A stretch of DNA of 64,000 nt from Eledone cirrhosa (lineage: Eukaryota): the NCBI GenBank assembly GCA_964016885.1, contig OZ024742.1, forward strand, positions 88,226,001 to 88,290,000, in the 5' to 3' direction. The stretch's first letter is position 1. The number at the start of each line of letters is the position of its first letter. The position numbers and the translations under genes were made by a program. The notes under the pieces were generated by a model, which saw only the letters and a list, made by a program, of their open reading frames with translations, made no database searches and was not told where the DNA came from. This document shows positions 14,028 through 26,248 of this stretch, one piece after another.

Positions 14028-14115
14028 TTATTTGATTGCTGAAAGGTTTGGCATGTGCAGGTAGTCAGGGTAATAATAGTTGATGGTAGTACCAGAATTG
14101 ATAGCGATCTGCACT
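14028..14115 (-). CDS. Candidate terminal coding exon of an unidentified host gene (VQIAINSGTTINYYYPDYLHMPNLSAIK*)
   Basis: Acceptor ttttacag, open phase-shifted frame to TAA, GC-richer than its unique flanks. No homology recognised. Confidence 0.3.
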
Positions 14116-14345
14116 CTGTAAAATGACAAGTTGGTGATGGAAGCCAAACATATTCAATGAATGTACACTTAATTTTGATTAAATCTTACCAGCTGTACAA
14201 CAGTTAAAAACTCGTTTAATTGTTTGTGTGTGTTTTTTTCTTCTTTTTTTTTTCCTATATAAAGTTAATGGTTAGTGTTTCAAAAGCATGCTCTTATACA
14301 CAAGGAGATATTTTACAGACAGAAACGTAGTTTATCAACAAGCAA

Positions 14346-14417
<72 letters not shown>

Positions 14418-14477
14418 TAAAATAACAGATTAAAGTTTAACACAAAGAATCGCTGATTTCACCCTTAACGGGATCTT

Positions 14478-14570
<93 letters not shown>

Positions 14571-14607
14571 CATGTATATATATACATGTTTATATATATA
14601 TATTTAT

Positions 14608-16997
14608 ATATATTGTTATGCTTTGGGAGGGTCATATTGCCAATAAGAAACACATGCACCATTGCTTTCATTTCAATTTATTGTAATAAATTAATAAATT
14701 TAGGAATTTATAAATTTCCGGTTGGTTGGTTGGTTCCACAACCAGATGGTTGCTTATATATTGTCAAAGTTCTTTCGTCCACATTATGTGACCTCTTCAG
14801 TGACTGGGGATTATTTTCTTTGTTTTTGTCCCTCTCCTTTGTTCTGTCCTACGCCATCTTGTTTCTGTGTGTGTGCTGTGTGCTCAGTCTGCGCATGCGC
14901 CACATCCGGGTGTCTGTGTGTGTTTATATTCGTTTATTTATTTGTTTATTTACATGTTACAGGTTGGTTGTTTGTTCTATGTGCGTGTGTGTTTTCATTT
15001 TGTCCTTAATTGTAAGTTGTGATGTTGCTGTTCCACTCAAGTTTTCGATTTAATTTTGGTTGTAATTATTTTATGTTTATTGCCTCTGTGATTTGTCTAA
15101 ACATTGCGTCTTTTCTGTGTGTAGATTCTATTTTTATTTCTGTGTTCTCTAATTTACCCTTATGTTCTATTTTAGCATGTTGGTAGAGTACAGATGATTA
15201 TTTACTATCTTGAAGGTCTTGCCAGTGTTCATTTATCCGTTCCCCTACACTACGACCTGTCTCACCTATGTACACTATATTTTTGTCTCTACATTGTCCT
15301 TCAGTACATCTTATGCTATATACTACGTTTCTAGTTTTACCATTAATATGGGGGCTTAATTTACAGGTTATATATTTCTTATCTACACAGGGAGTCTTTG
15401 AAAAGGGTATGTCTTGCTAATAAGTGTTTTTACGGAGGTACCTGGTCTTTCTACTATCTTAATATTGAGTTTATGTTTATCTAGGTCCCTTCTAAATGTG
15501 TAAACTAATTCACCTCTAGGGGTTTTATCGATGAACATTACACTCTGGTATTTATTGCTATCATACCATGAGTTTATTCTATTAGCCTTATTCCTAGTTC
15601 TTTCTATTATATTCCAAAATGTGCTCCTATACAAGGGGCAGGTCCCATTTGCGTCATTATTTAACATTTTTTTCCCATTTGGTTCTGGCTCCTCTATACA
15701 CTCTGATTTTATCTCTCTGATTGTAACCAGAGAACTGCATACGGTGGATGAAGTGTTGTATGTGTCTCTATAGTTCTTCGTGGTTGCAGATGCGGGACAC
15801 GTTTCTCATCACCCGTACCAAATCCGCAATCAGTATGTTGATTTTGGTATGGTCTGAGTTTCGGTGGATCAGATATTTGGAAGTCATGGGTTTGGCATAA
15901 TGGGAATGGAGGATTTGTTTTTTGTTATTAATGGTATCTAACCAGAGATCTGTGTCTAGTAAAGTTAATCGATGGTTGGTGTGTTTACTTGGGTAGTCTA
16001 TAGTAACTGTAATACTCTGGTGGATGGAGTTAGCTATTTGCATGATGCTTTCCATTGTGTTTTTCTCTAATTCCTGACTGTTCTCTAGTGGGGGTGTTTT
16101 AACTACGATGTTTATATCATCAACGTAGCGGGAGTACATTATCAGGGTTAAGGGGTCTTCTAATTGTTTTTTAAGTTTAAGTTTATGTCTACTGTCCCAC
16201 CATGCCATGAATAAGTTATCTATGTCGCCTGCAATGCTAACACCAATGGCTGCTCCTTCCTCTTGGGCATATGTTTTCCATTAAATTTGAACAATAGTTC
16301 CTTAAGGGTTAATTTTACGCTGGCCCCCACCGCATGTGCAATCATTTTCTTTAGTGCATCGTGGTTTTCGGGTGTCCGCATGGCTCTGGTCCACCCGTTC
16401 CATCTATCTGTGTGGGTTTTCTTGGCCATTGAGGTAATGGTAGGAGGTCTGCCTCTTGCTGGTCTTGTAGGGCACAGGTTGCTAAGATCATTACAACCAA
16501 AATTAAATAGAAAACATGAGTGGAACAGCAACATCACAACTTACAATTAAGGACAAAATGAAAACACACACGCACATAGAACGAACAACCAACCTGTAAC
16601 ATGTAAATAAACAAATAAATAAACGAATATAAACACACACAGACACCCGGATGTGGGGCATGTGCAGACTGAGCACACAACACACACACAGAAACCAGAT
16701 GGCGTAGGACAGAACAAAGGAGAGGGACAAAAACAAAGAAAATAATCCTCAGTCACTGAAGAGGTCACATAATGTGTGACGAAAGAACTTTGACAATATA
16801 TGAGAACTTTGACAATATATAAACAACCAACCGGAAATTTATAAATTCCTAAATTTATAAATGTATTATAATAAATTGAAGTGAAAGCATGTGGTGCGTG
16901 TATTTCTTATTCGCAACATGACCCTCCCAAAGTATAACAATGTCGGTTTCAACAGACGTTTTCAGATAAAGAATCTTGCTAAACAAATTCAGAAACG

Positions 16998-17000
<3 letters not shown>
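14608..17000 (-). mobile_element. Penelope-like element (RT + C-terminal GIY-YIG, decayed) with inverted pLTR at 16491-16940 and tail
   Basis: YSRYVDD in ORF 15768-16208 and VYIGET..GERINEH near 15270. 14612-15066 is the inverted complement of 16491-16940. (TA)n flanks. Confidence 0.88.
16752..16794 (+). ncRNA. Hammerhead ribozyme in PLE pLTR (also - 14763-14804, - 51445-51489)
   Basis: GTCA-CTGAAGA-gGTCACAtaatgTGTGAC-GAA-AGAACT-T-TGAC. Confidence 0.78.
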
Positions 17001-17047
<47 letters not shown>

Positions 17048-17820
17048 TAATCTATAAAGCTCAGTGTATGGTCATGCTCCTTTGTTATAGAAATCTACGA
17101 TATAGAATTTCTTCAATTGAAATTTACAATTCAGTATTCAAAATAGCTTCGATTGGATCATGGCACATATATATTTTTCAATTTCACCCACAATTACGCT
17201 AAAAATAGATAAAACTCAATATTTTACGATTTGCCTCTCTCATTTAACTGCTTATACTTTCCATTACCATTCAAAATCTATACAACTATACAATTATACT
17301 TTCTGCTACTTTCTCTTTCCAAGCTGAAACAACACGTAAAATGAAACTAAATTATTCTTTTCATTTTACATTGTTCATGTTGATGGTGATACAGTTCGTT
17401 TTACTCTCTCATATCATCTGCTACCTCTATCTACAACCCACACATGTTGCTACTTTCTCTTTTATTATCTAATCTATAAAAGGCAGATTGTTGTTGCGTG
17501 TGTGTGTGCACATGTTCCATGTTTATACATTTGCACAATTTCAAACCGATTCGACTCACGTTATGTAGGATTATTGTAAATGGTCTAACTTAGGTCAACG
17601 ACTATTTATTCCCTTCGAACTCACTCACAATTATGGAAATAATCGATAAAAATAAATACATGACGCTTTAATCCTCTAATATAATCTGCTTACCTTTCTC
17701 TACTCCCCTTCAAATTCGATAAAACTACATACATGCTTACAAACTTCCTTTAGGAACGCCGAAGAGAGAGAGAGAGAAGAGAGTGAGAGGGAGAGAGAGA
17801 GAGAGAACGTTTATTATTAC

Positions 17821-17884
17821 ATAAAGTACCAGTAATGTATTGGGTAATTGCTGGCTTTGTGCCAAAAAAGTAGAAACAATTATT
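17821..17884 (+). mobile_element. SINE 3' fragment
   Basis: ATAAAGTACCAGTAATG..GCTGGCTTTGTGCCAAAA..AGAAACAATTATT matches the full copies. Confidence 0.7.
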
Positions 17885-18096
17885 ACATTTCATACGAAAC
17901 GACAATTATTCAAAAGCCACAGATACATTTATTCAACAACAAGCGATAAATCTTTTTTAAAACCTCTCAGTGAACGTGGATTCTTACAGACTTTGAGTCG
18001 AATCGGTTTGAAATTGTGCAAATGTATAAACATGGAACATGTCCACACACACAACAACAACAACAATCTGCCTTTTATAGATAATGATAAATGATA

Positions 18097-18467
18097 ATAT
18101 CCTCTATGCGGTCACTAAACCTGCTAGAAACAGCTGCTAACTCTCCCCCATACCACACCCCTCCCTCCTGTTTTAAATTCAGAAAACACATATCCTCTAT
18201 GAGGTTACTAAACCTGCTAGAAACAGCAGCTAACTCTCCCCCATATCACACAAATCCCTACTGTCTTAAATTTAGAAAACATATCGTCTATGAGGTCACT
18301 AAACCTGCTAGAAACAGCAGCTAACTCTCCCCCATATCACACCACTCCCTACTGTCTTAAATTTAGAAAACACATATCCTCTATGAGGTCACTAAACCTG
18401 CTAAAAACAACAGCTAACTATCCTTCATATCACAAACCTCCCTACTGTCTTAAATTTACAAAACACA
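18097..18467 (+). repeat. Minisatellite, 4 copies of about 92 bp
   Basis: ATATCCTCTATG.GGTCACTAAACCTGCTAGAAACAGC at 18097, 18190, 18281 and 18374. Confidence 0.9.
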
Positions 18468-18753
18468 GACAACCATGCAGAAAAACTCCATCGCAGCTCT
18501 GTTGTTCGGCTGGCATCGTCTACACGCGTGTTGCGCAAGTACTGTGAAACAATAAATTTCAACACTTTTTGGCACAGAGATAATATCCATAGGCGAAACT
18601 ACAATAGTCACTGCTTGCGCAGCTCCTGCTTCCAGGTCTGCAATACATTCACCCAGTGCCTGGCAGACAAAAATATGGTGCCATAAAATGGGTGGTGCAA
18701 CCTAACTTTGGTAACTTAATGACCCCGAGCAACGCCGGGCTTTAATGCTAGTA

Positions 18754-18819
<66 letters not shown>

Positions 18820-18834
18820 TAGAGAGAGAGGGAT

Positions 18835-18898
<64 letters not shown>

Positions 18899-18899
<1 letters not shown>

Positions 18900-19030
18900 T
18901 AATTGTTTCTACTTTTTGGCACAAGGCCAGCAAATACCCAGTGCATTACTGGTACTTTATTTTATTTTATCGACCCCGTAACGATGAAAGGCAAAGTAAA
19001 CCTCAGCGGGATCTGAACTCAGAATGGCAA
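18899..19030 (-). mobile_element. tRNA-derived Nin-domain SINE
   Basis: Reverse of GAGTTCAGATCCCGC..GCCTTTCATC..GGGGTCGATAAAATAAAGTACC. Confidence 0.82.
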
Positions 19031-19291
19031 GGCCGTATATTTATATATATATATATGTATAATAAAGGTAATCTGAGTTTTGCAAATATTAATAATAATC
19101 GATTCATTTGCAATTATACAAATAGCCTCTTTAAAGCCATGACAGGAGAACGACTTCGTCATTCTTGCTCTTTTGTTGCCATGTAGACAGAACTGCAGAC
19201 ACTAATGTTTCAGGGAGGAACAGTACACTATACTGTTTAATTGCCAACTGTCAGAGCTAGAGAAAATATATATTTTCAAAAATATAGTGAC

Positions 19292-19390
19292 TGATCGGCC
19301 TGATTTGCATATTAGCAGATTGCTTGATTAGACCGATCTGTATATTAGCAGACCCACTGATCAGCCAGATGTGCATATCAGCAGATAGGC
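19292..19390. repeat. 3 x 33-bp degenerate tandem repeat
   Basis: TGAT..G.C.GAT.TG.ATAT.AGCAGA at 19292, 19325 and 19358. Confidence 0.7.
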
Positions 19391-19421
19391 CAGTCAGTCT
19401 CATGTATACGAGCGTGATAAA

Positions 19422-20030
19422 CTATTTGTTAGTTATTTGAATATGGCAAAACCCGCCATTAATCGCTAGTTGGCAGGTAAAAAGATACGTGACATTCCAT
19501 TCACATATAGAGTGCACTGTGCAGGCTTCATTTGGAGAAGGAGTGTCTGGATTCGCAGCAATGATTTTCGTACCAAGCATGCAGCACTTTGCATCAAACC
19601 TATCAAGTGCATTTCGGAGATTACCTTCGATCGAGTTAAGGAACACCAGTCGTCAGTAAATTCCAGTCGACTGATTTTTTCCCCTGCCAATCGTGATACC
19701 ACTTCCAACTCGGCTGCGCTTGTCAATCCTGTTCCTGAAAACAATTAACAAGTGAGGTGTCAGTAGGCACGCACTCTTTGCTGAGTCCAACTACTCCACT
19801 GAATGGTTTCGATTTAGCACCATTTATCCGAACAAAAATACTCAATCGTTCATATAGAGACATCAATGCAACAAGAAGGTGACCATCGATCGTATAGAAC
19901 TGCTGCACAACCTTCCACAGCAGGTTGTGAGAAACGTGCTCATATGCCTTTTCTAGGTCTACAAAACATGAATATACCTCTTTGCAATGTCTGCATGTGT
20001 GATCGTATAATACATTGTACATTCCCTATA
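19422..20030 (-). pseudogene. RTE-like LINE reverse transcriptase relic
   Basis: CFVDLEKAYEHV..LLW, VRING.KS.PF..VGL.KEC, LEFTDD. Confidence 0.78.
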
Positions 20031-20091
20031 AGTTGATTCTTACTATCGATTGCAATTAAGCAAACGACGATTATATATTGGGATGTATATA

Positions 20092-20132
<41 letters not shown>

Positions 20133-20134
20133 TT

Positions 20135-20183
<49 letters not shown>

Positions 20184-20552
20184 TTCTCTCTCTCACTCTC
20201 TCTCTCTCTCTGATATTGTTGATGCATCATTCTGTATCTCATATACCTAATTTTGTATTTATTATTATCTTCCGCTTGTGATGTTGTATTCGCCGATGTA
20301 CAATATTTAAATGAGTGTGAATGAGAATAAAATTGTCCGAAAGAATTATTGCTCGTATGTATGTCAATGTATTATGTTTCGTAATTAGTTTCAACTGGTA
20401 AACTATACTACTAATTAACCAATTTTTAGATTGGTTGGCTGACCGGAGGAATCCAAGATACTGTCGGTTTTACATTGATGTTTCTATTTCTAGGTGCTTC
20501 TAGGGTGGGTATCGGTTATATTATTATGAGTATAACCTACTTTGAGGACGGG

Positions 20553-20944
20553 GGATTGTCAGTACCGATGGAGCATCGGACGCCATGCTTTGCAGCATTG
20601 AGTTATGGCCCTTTATGATATGAGTTCATATCCCGCCGAGGTTAACATTGCCTTTTATCCTTACGGGGTCGACAAAATAAAATAACCAGTCACTCACTGT
20701 TGTCGATTTAATCGACTTTTCACTCCCCCCAAATGACTGGCTTTGTGCCTATATAAGAAACCTTAGCAGTATCGGTAGGGGGTTGGACGTCATGCTTTGT
20801 AGCACAGTTACGTACCTTTACGGACTCAGTTCAAATCCCGTCGAGGTTAACTTTGCCTTTCATCCTTACGGGGTCGATAAAATAAAGTACCAGTAATGTA
20901 CTGGGTATGTGCTGGCCTTGCGCCAAAAGTAGAAACAATTATTA
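20553..20944 (+). mobile_element. Two adjacent tRNA/Nin-domain SINEs (20553-20762, 20763-20944)
   Basis: B-box-like AGTTCAAATCC and conserved GTTAACTTTGCCTTTCATCCTTACGGGGTCGATAAAATAAAGTACC. Confidence 0.85.
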
Positions 20945-21281
20945 TCTACTTTATTGAGGACATCGTGTGTAACTATAAAAGTATTAGTTGATTCATTAAG
21001 CCGCACTGTATCAACCCTAGTTTCACTGACATAAGAATTAATGTTGCTTATCGCGTTTAGCGAATTTTCTGTATTAATAAGATTTAACGTAGTCTCTGTG
21101 CTTAGTATTGAGATATGATCTTGTGCTAAATCACTTCTAAGTTTTGAAATATTTGATACATTTATTATCTGCTTATGTTCATTGTTCAATACACACACGC
21201 ACGCACACGCACACACACATGCACACACACATACATACACACACAGACACACGCACACACACCCATACACACCCTCACACA

Positions 21282-21352
<71 letters not shown>

Positions 21353-21372
21353 ATATATTTATATATATATAT

Positions 21373-24218
21373 AGAAAGGATGAATATAAAATGAAAGTGC
21401 TTTTGTTAAAAAAGGAATTTATTAGGTGTTGACATATGTTTCTGTAACAGACCGAATACCTATGTATCGCTGCTTGCGTAATCATATAATGTTAGCAAGT
21501 ATTCGATAGCAAATGTATAATCAGTTGTCACTTCTTCAGAGATTTTGGATAAACTGGATAAAATCAGAAAAATTGAAGTATTTATATTAGTAAAAGAGAA
21601 AGGAACAGAGGGGATAGTATATGACAGATGGTAAAATAATTTACTGCTAAACAAGTATATAATGGGTTTTTAATGAGAATACCATGAGTAAATCTAAATA
21701 AGAATTTTGGGAGTGCTAATTTTAATCTCTACTTGACCAACTGGACAGTGGACAGGGCTGGTCATTTGGTGCAGTAGTATTAATTATAAAGTGTCAATTG
21801 GGGAAGGGGGAGATTTCGATTGCTACTAAATAACATCAATGCTAGTAGCCAGCTGGTATATGCATTAGGGAATTGAATCAAGAAATCAGAAATCTCATTT
21901 TATCTATAGCAGTTTGTATTAAAAGGTAAATAATAGAAGAGTTGATAGAATTAAGACTAATAAAGAATGTTCATATCTATTTTGACAATCAAACGGGGAT
22001 AGAGACAGGCATTCAATCCTGGTAGTATTTATAATATGAAAATGTAGATTTTAAGCGATGGTTACAGTATAACGATCGCTCTATTCTGTTATTTAATAAA
22101 ATGTTTTTGGATTTCATAATACAAAATAACTTACATTACATAATTTACAGAATTCCTGTCCATGGGACTAGGGGGGGGGGGCAGCCGCTATTATATCCCA
22201 TTTTAGGTGAAATTGTTGGTTATTTTCACGCAGCTGCCAAGCCTTGTCTGCGAGTGTTGTTACATAACGCTGGTTTTCATGTTTTATCGAATAACGATGT
22301 CTATAAAGGCGTGATTTGAAGGAGGTGGCTGTAGATCCCACATAGTACCACTTCTGTCTATCCGATTTGATAGTACATCTGTATACGATGTTGCGTTCAA
22401 GACACTGATTGTTCAACGGACACATTCCTGGTTGGACACAGTTGCAATTATAATTTTGATTGTCAAAATAGCTATGAACATTCTTTATTAGTCTTAATTC
22501 TATCAACTCTTCTATTATTTACCTTTTAATACAAACTGCTATAGATAAAATGAGATTTCTGATTTCTTGATTCAATTCCCTAATGCATATACCAGCTGGC
22601 TACGAGCATTGATGTTATTTAGTAGCAATCGAAATCTCCCCCTTCCCCAATTGACACTTTATAATTAATACTACTGCACCAAATGACCAGCCCTGTCCAC
22701 TGTCCAGTTGGTCAAGTAGAGATTAAAATTGGCACTCCCAAAATTCTTATTTAGATTTACTCATGGTATTCTCATTAAAAACCCATTATATACTTGTTTA
22801 GCAGTAAATTATTTTACCATCTGTCATATACTATCCCCTCTGTTCCTTCCTCTTTTACTAATATAAATACTTCAATTTTTCTGATTTTATCCAGTTTATC
22901 CAAAATCTCTGAAGAAGTGACAACTGATTATACATTTGCTCTCGAATACTTGCTAACATTATATGATTACGCAAGCAGCGATACATAGGTATTCGGTATG
23001 TTACAGAAACATATGTCAACACCTAATAAATTCCTTTTTTAACAAAAGCACTTTCATTTTATATTCATCCTTTCTACATTTCTCCGGAATATAATTTATA
23101 CTCGTTGAGCAAACATGCACGTACGCTGTTCATCTCTAACGTAACGATATATTATCACTACATTATTGATAACCTGAAATTTTATATATATAAATTCATA
23201 CAGTGAATTATAGCATTACTCAGTTTCCATAAGAGTAATCAATTAATTTGATTATGTAACAAGAATAAGAGGCCGCTTGCAGTAATGTTTTACTCAACTA
23301 TCGAATTGTTTACATGCAGTTACAAGTTCGAACTTGTAACTGCATGTAATGTCCGATTGCGTAGGATTTACCTCGCTCTCAAACCCCCTCATGACCCGGA
23401 TGGGTACAAAATGGCTGCAACATCCTTCTTTTCCCCACTTGCCGAACAAGATATGGGAAAACCCAGCTTACATAGGTAGATGTACTTCTTTTCTGTTTCC
23501 CTTTAACTCTACGTTTCACTTCCTTCCACTCCCTCTCCCCTTTCTTTTCCTTTTAACTCTTTCGCCTACCCTGAGGCAGCCAATCGGACTTGTGTAACCT
23601 CAGTACCCCCACCCCAGTAAATCCTATATAGCATTGGCCCAAAACGCAATACCAGCTAAAAAGAGAGCAGCTGCTTTTGACTCTAAAGATTTTTGTATTA
23701 TTTGTTACTAATTCATTTTTTTGTTCTTTTTTTATTTTAATATAATTTAATCTCAATCTATTAACCATTTAATTTTATAACGTCCCACTCTCAAATTCCC
23801 GCAGAATTCTTTTTGGCCTGCTTTCTACCTAGCCTAATATCATACACGGTCCTTAGAATTTGCTGTATAGAATTCACTTTCAACGCTTGACTGGCACCCC
23901 TCACTCCCTCATTGTTTTTAGGCAAGTTTAGCCACCCCCACACCCCACCTACCACCATGAAAAAATTAATTGTGTTTAAAAGAAATTTCGACCAATCCTT
24001 TTGACAACCACAATCTTCCCATATTACGAATTACTCCTTGAAAAGTTCGGCTATGTATTACCACGCTAAAAAATATAATTTAGTCCAGAAATAGCCGTCG
24101 AATAGGCTTGAGCTCTGCCGTCGGGGTTAAAGATTTTCCTATTACCCACTCCACTACCCGAAGTATTGAGGAATCTTGTGCGTTATGGTCCATCTAGTCC
24201 CTTACCACACTACCCTCG

Positions 24219-24219
<1 letters not shown>
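21373..24219 (-). mobile_element. Penelope-like fragment: GIY-YIG (22454 to about 22010) with 3' UTR, and inverted 3' UTR arm 22455-23076 extended to 24219
   Basis: CNC..CPLNNQC..IVYRC..YYVGST..FKSRL.RH. About 620-bp inverted repeat 21373-21993 / 22455-23076. (TA)n flanks. Confidence 0.8.
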
Positions 24220-24249
<30 letters not shown>

Positions 24250-24255
<6 letters not shown>

Positions 24256-25593
24256 TTGGAGCTCTGAAATAGCAATATATATATGGATGTATATATAATG
24301 TATTTTGCAATACACTTTATGCTTAAATAATAGCATTTTGAAGACCGTATGCTATTGTTTTAGAGCAGTGACAAATTCACTTACTTTAATCTCAGCTAAC
24401 AGGGGAGATAAGCCGACAACACATTGTTTCGCATTTATTGGTGCTTATCAAGACTAACTACTCCCTCCTGTCTGCGGAGATCACTGATGTTATATTCTTA
24501 TAGAATTCTAGTAAATAATCAGGAACTGATTATACAGAGCGGTTGTTGGTCAGGCAGAAATTAAAAATTAGAATTGGAGCTCTGAAATAGCAATATATAT
24601 ATGGATGTATATATAATGTATTTTGCAATACACTTTATGCTTAAATAATAGCATTTTGAAGACCGTATGCTATTGTTTTAGAGTAGTAACAAATTCACTT
24701 ACTTTAATCTCAGCTAACAGGGGAGATAAGCCGATAAGACCTTGTTTCGCATTTATTGATGCTTATCAAGGCTAACTACTCCCTCCTGTCTGCCGAGATC
24801 ACTGATGTTATATTATGTTTGCTGAGATTAAAGTAAGTGAATTTGTCACTACTCTAAAACAATAGCATACGGTCTTCAAAATGCTTTTAATTAAGCATAA
24901 AGTGTATTGCAAAATACATTATATATACTTCCATATATATATTGCTATTTCAGAGCTCCAATTCTAATTTTTAATTTCTGCCTGACCAACAACCGCTCTG
25001 TATAATCAGTTCCTGATTATTTACTAAAATTCTATAAGAATATAACATCAGTGATCTCAGCAGACAGGAGGGAGTAGTTAGCCTTGATAAGCATCAATAA
25101 ATGCGAAACAAGGTCTTGTCGGCTTATCTCCCCTGTTTGCTGAGATTAAAGTAAATGAATTTGTCACTACTCTAAAACAATAGCATACGGTCTTCAAAAT
25201 GCTTTTAATTAAGCATAAAGTGTATTGCAAAATACATTATATATACATCCATATATATATTGCTATTTCAGAGCTCCAATTCTAATTTTTAATTTCTGCC
25301 TGTATAATCAGTTCCTGATTATTTCAGCTCTGTATAATCAGTTCCTGATTATTTACTAGAATTCTATAAGAATATAACATCAGTGATCTCGGCAGACAGG
25401 AGGAAGTAGTTAGCCTTGATAAGCATCAGTAAATGCGAAAAAAAGGTCTTGTCGGCTTATCTCCCCTGGTTGCTGAGATTAAAGTAAGTGAATTTGTCAC
25501 TACTCTAAAACAATAGCATACGGTCTTCAAAATGCTTTTAATTAAGCATAAAGTGTATTGCAAAATACATTATATATACATCCATATATATAT
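24250..25593. mobile_element. HHR tandem array B (318-bp unit), fold-back junction at about 24815
   Basis: Unit repeats at 24250/24568, inverted from 24816. One HHR per unit. (TA)n flanks. Confidence 0.9.
25080..25124 (+). ncRNA. Hammerhead ribozyme family B, U3-A8 core variant (also + 25412-25457; - 24411-24455, 24729-24773)
   Basis: AGCC-TTGATAA-GCATcaataaATGC-GAA-ACAAGgtCTTGT-C-GGCT, GUC triplet. Confidence 0.82.
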
Positions 25594-26182
25594 AAATTGA
25601 AACAAAATGAAAACGAAATTTCATTTCTCACTCTTAGTATGGCACTTACTTAAATGTAAGTATGCATGTATACGTACATACATATATGTATACAGACGTA
25701 CAGTAGCATGCACATATATATATATATATACACATATATATACATATGCATACAGGTACACATACATATATGCACGTATGAGTTTAGCGGCGCTTATTAT
25801 AACGTCGCTTTGTTCGTTTGTAAACAAACTGAACAGCCTGAATTTATGCCATACGGTGTTAAGGCAACCACGTCACCTTTTTGTTCAACACTGACACAGG
25901 AACGATGTACTAGTTTCAAGCTTGTTAGCTATCATCACCACCGTTTACCCATCTGCCAGATAGTTGAACGTTCGAAAGTATATACTTTCCTTATGAAAAT
26001 TAACGGCTGAGCAGCCTAATTTGCATATTGAGTGAGTTAAATCGGTCAGGCATACCGAAAACGATAAATTGAAACAAAATGAAAACGAAATTTCATTTCT
26101 CACTCTTAGTATGGCACTTACTTAAATGTAAGTATGCATGTATACGTACATACATATATGTATACAGACGTACAGTAGCATT

Positions 26183-26248
<66 letters not shown>

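Larger units (their letters stand above)
17468..18751 (+). mobile_element. Probable non-autonomous Helitron with internal inverted copy of its 5' end
   Basis: 5' TC..TATAAAAGGCAG. 3' CCCGAGCAACGCCGGG hairpin followed by CTAG|T. 17472-17558 is inverted at 17994-18082. Confidence 0.6.

Noticed and set aside
18097-18467. CRISPR-like array
   Set aside because: Whole units repeat with no unique spacers, no cas genes, and the context is eukaryotic.
22900-23020. Complete HHR in the 21373-24219 PLE arms
   Set aside because: GAAACATATGTC looks like the 3' half, but I could not pair a stem I with the upstream CTGAAGA.
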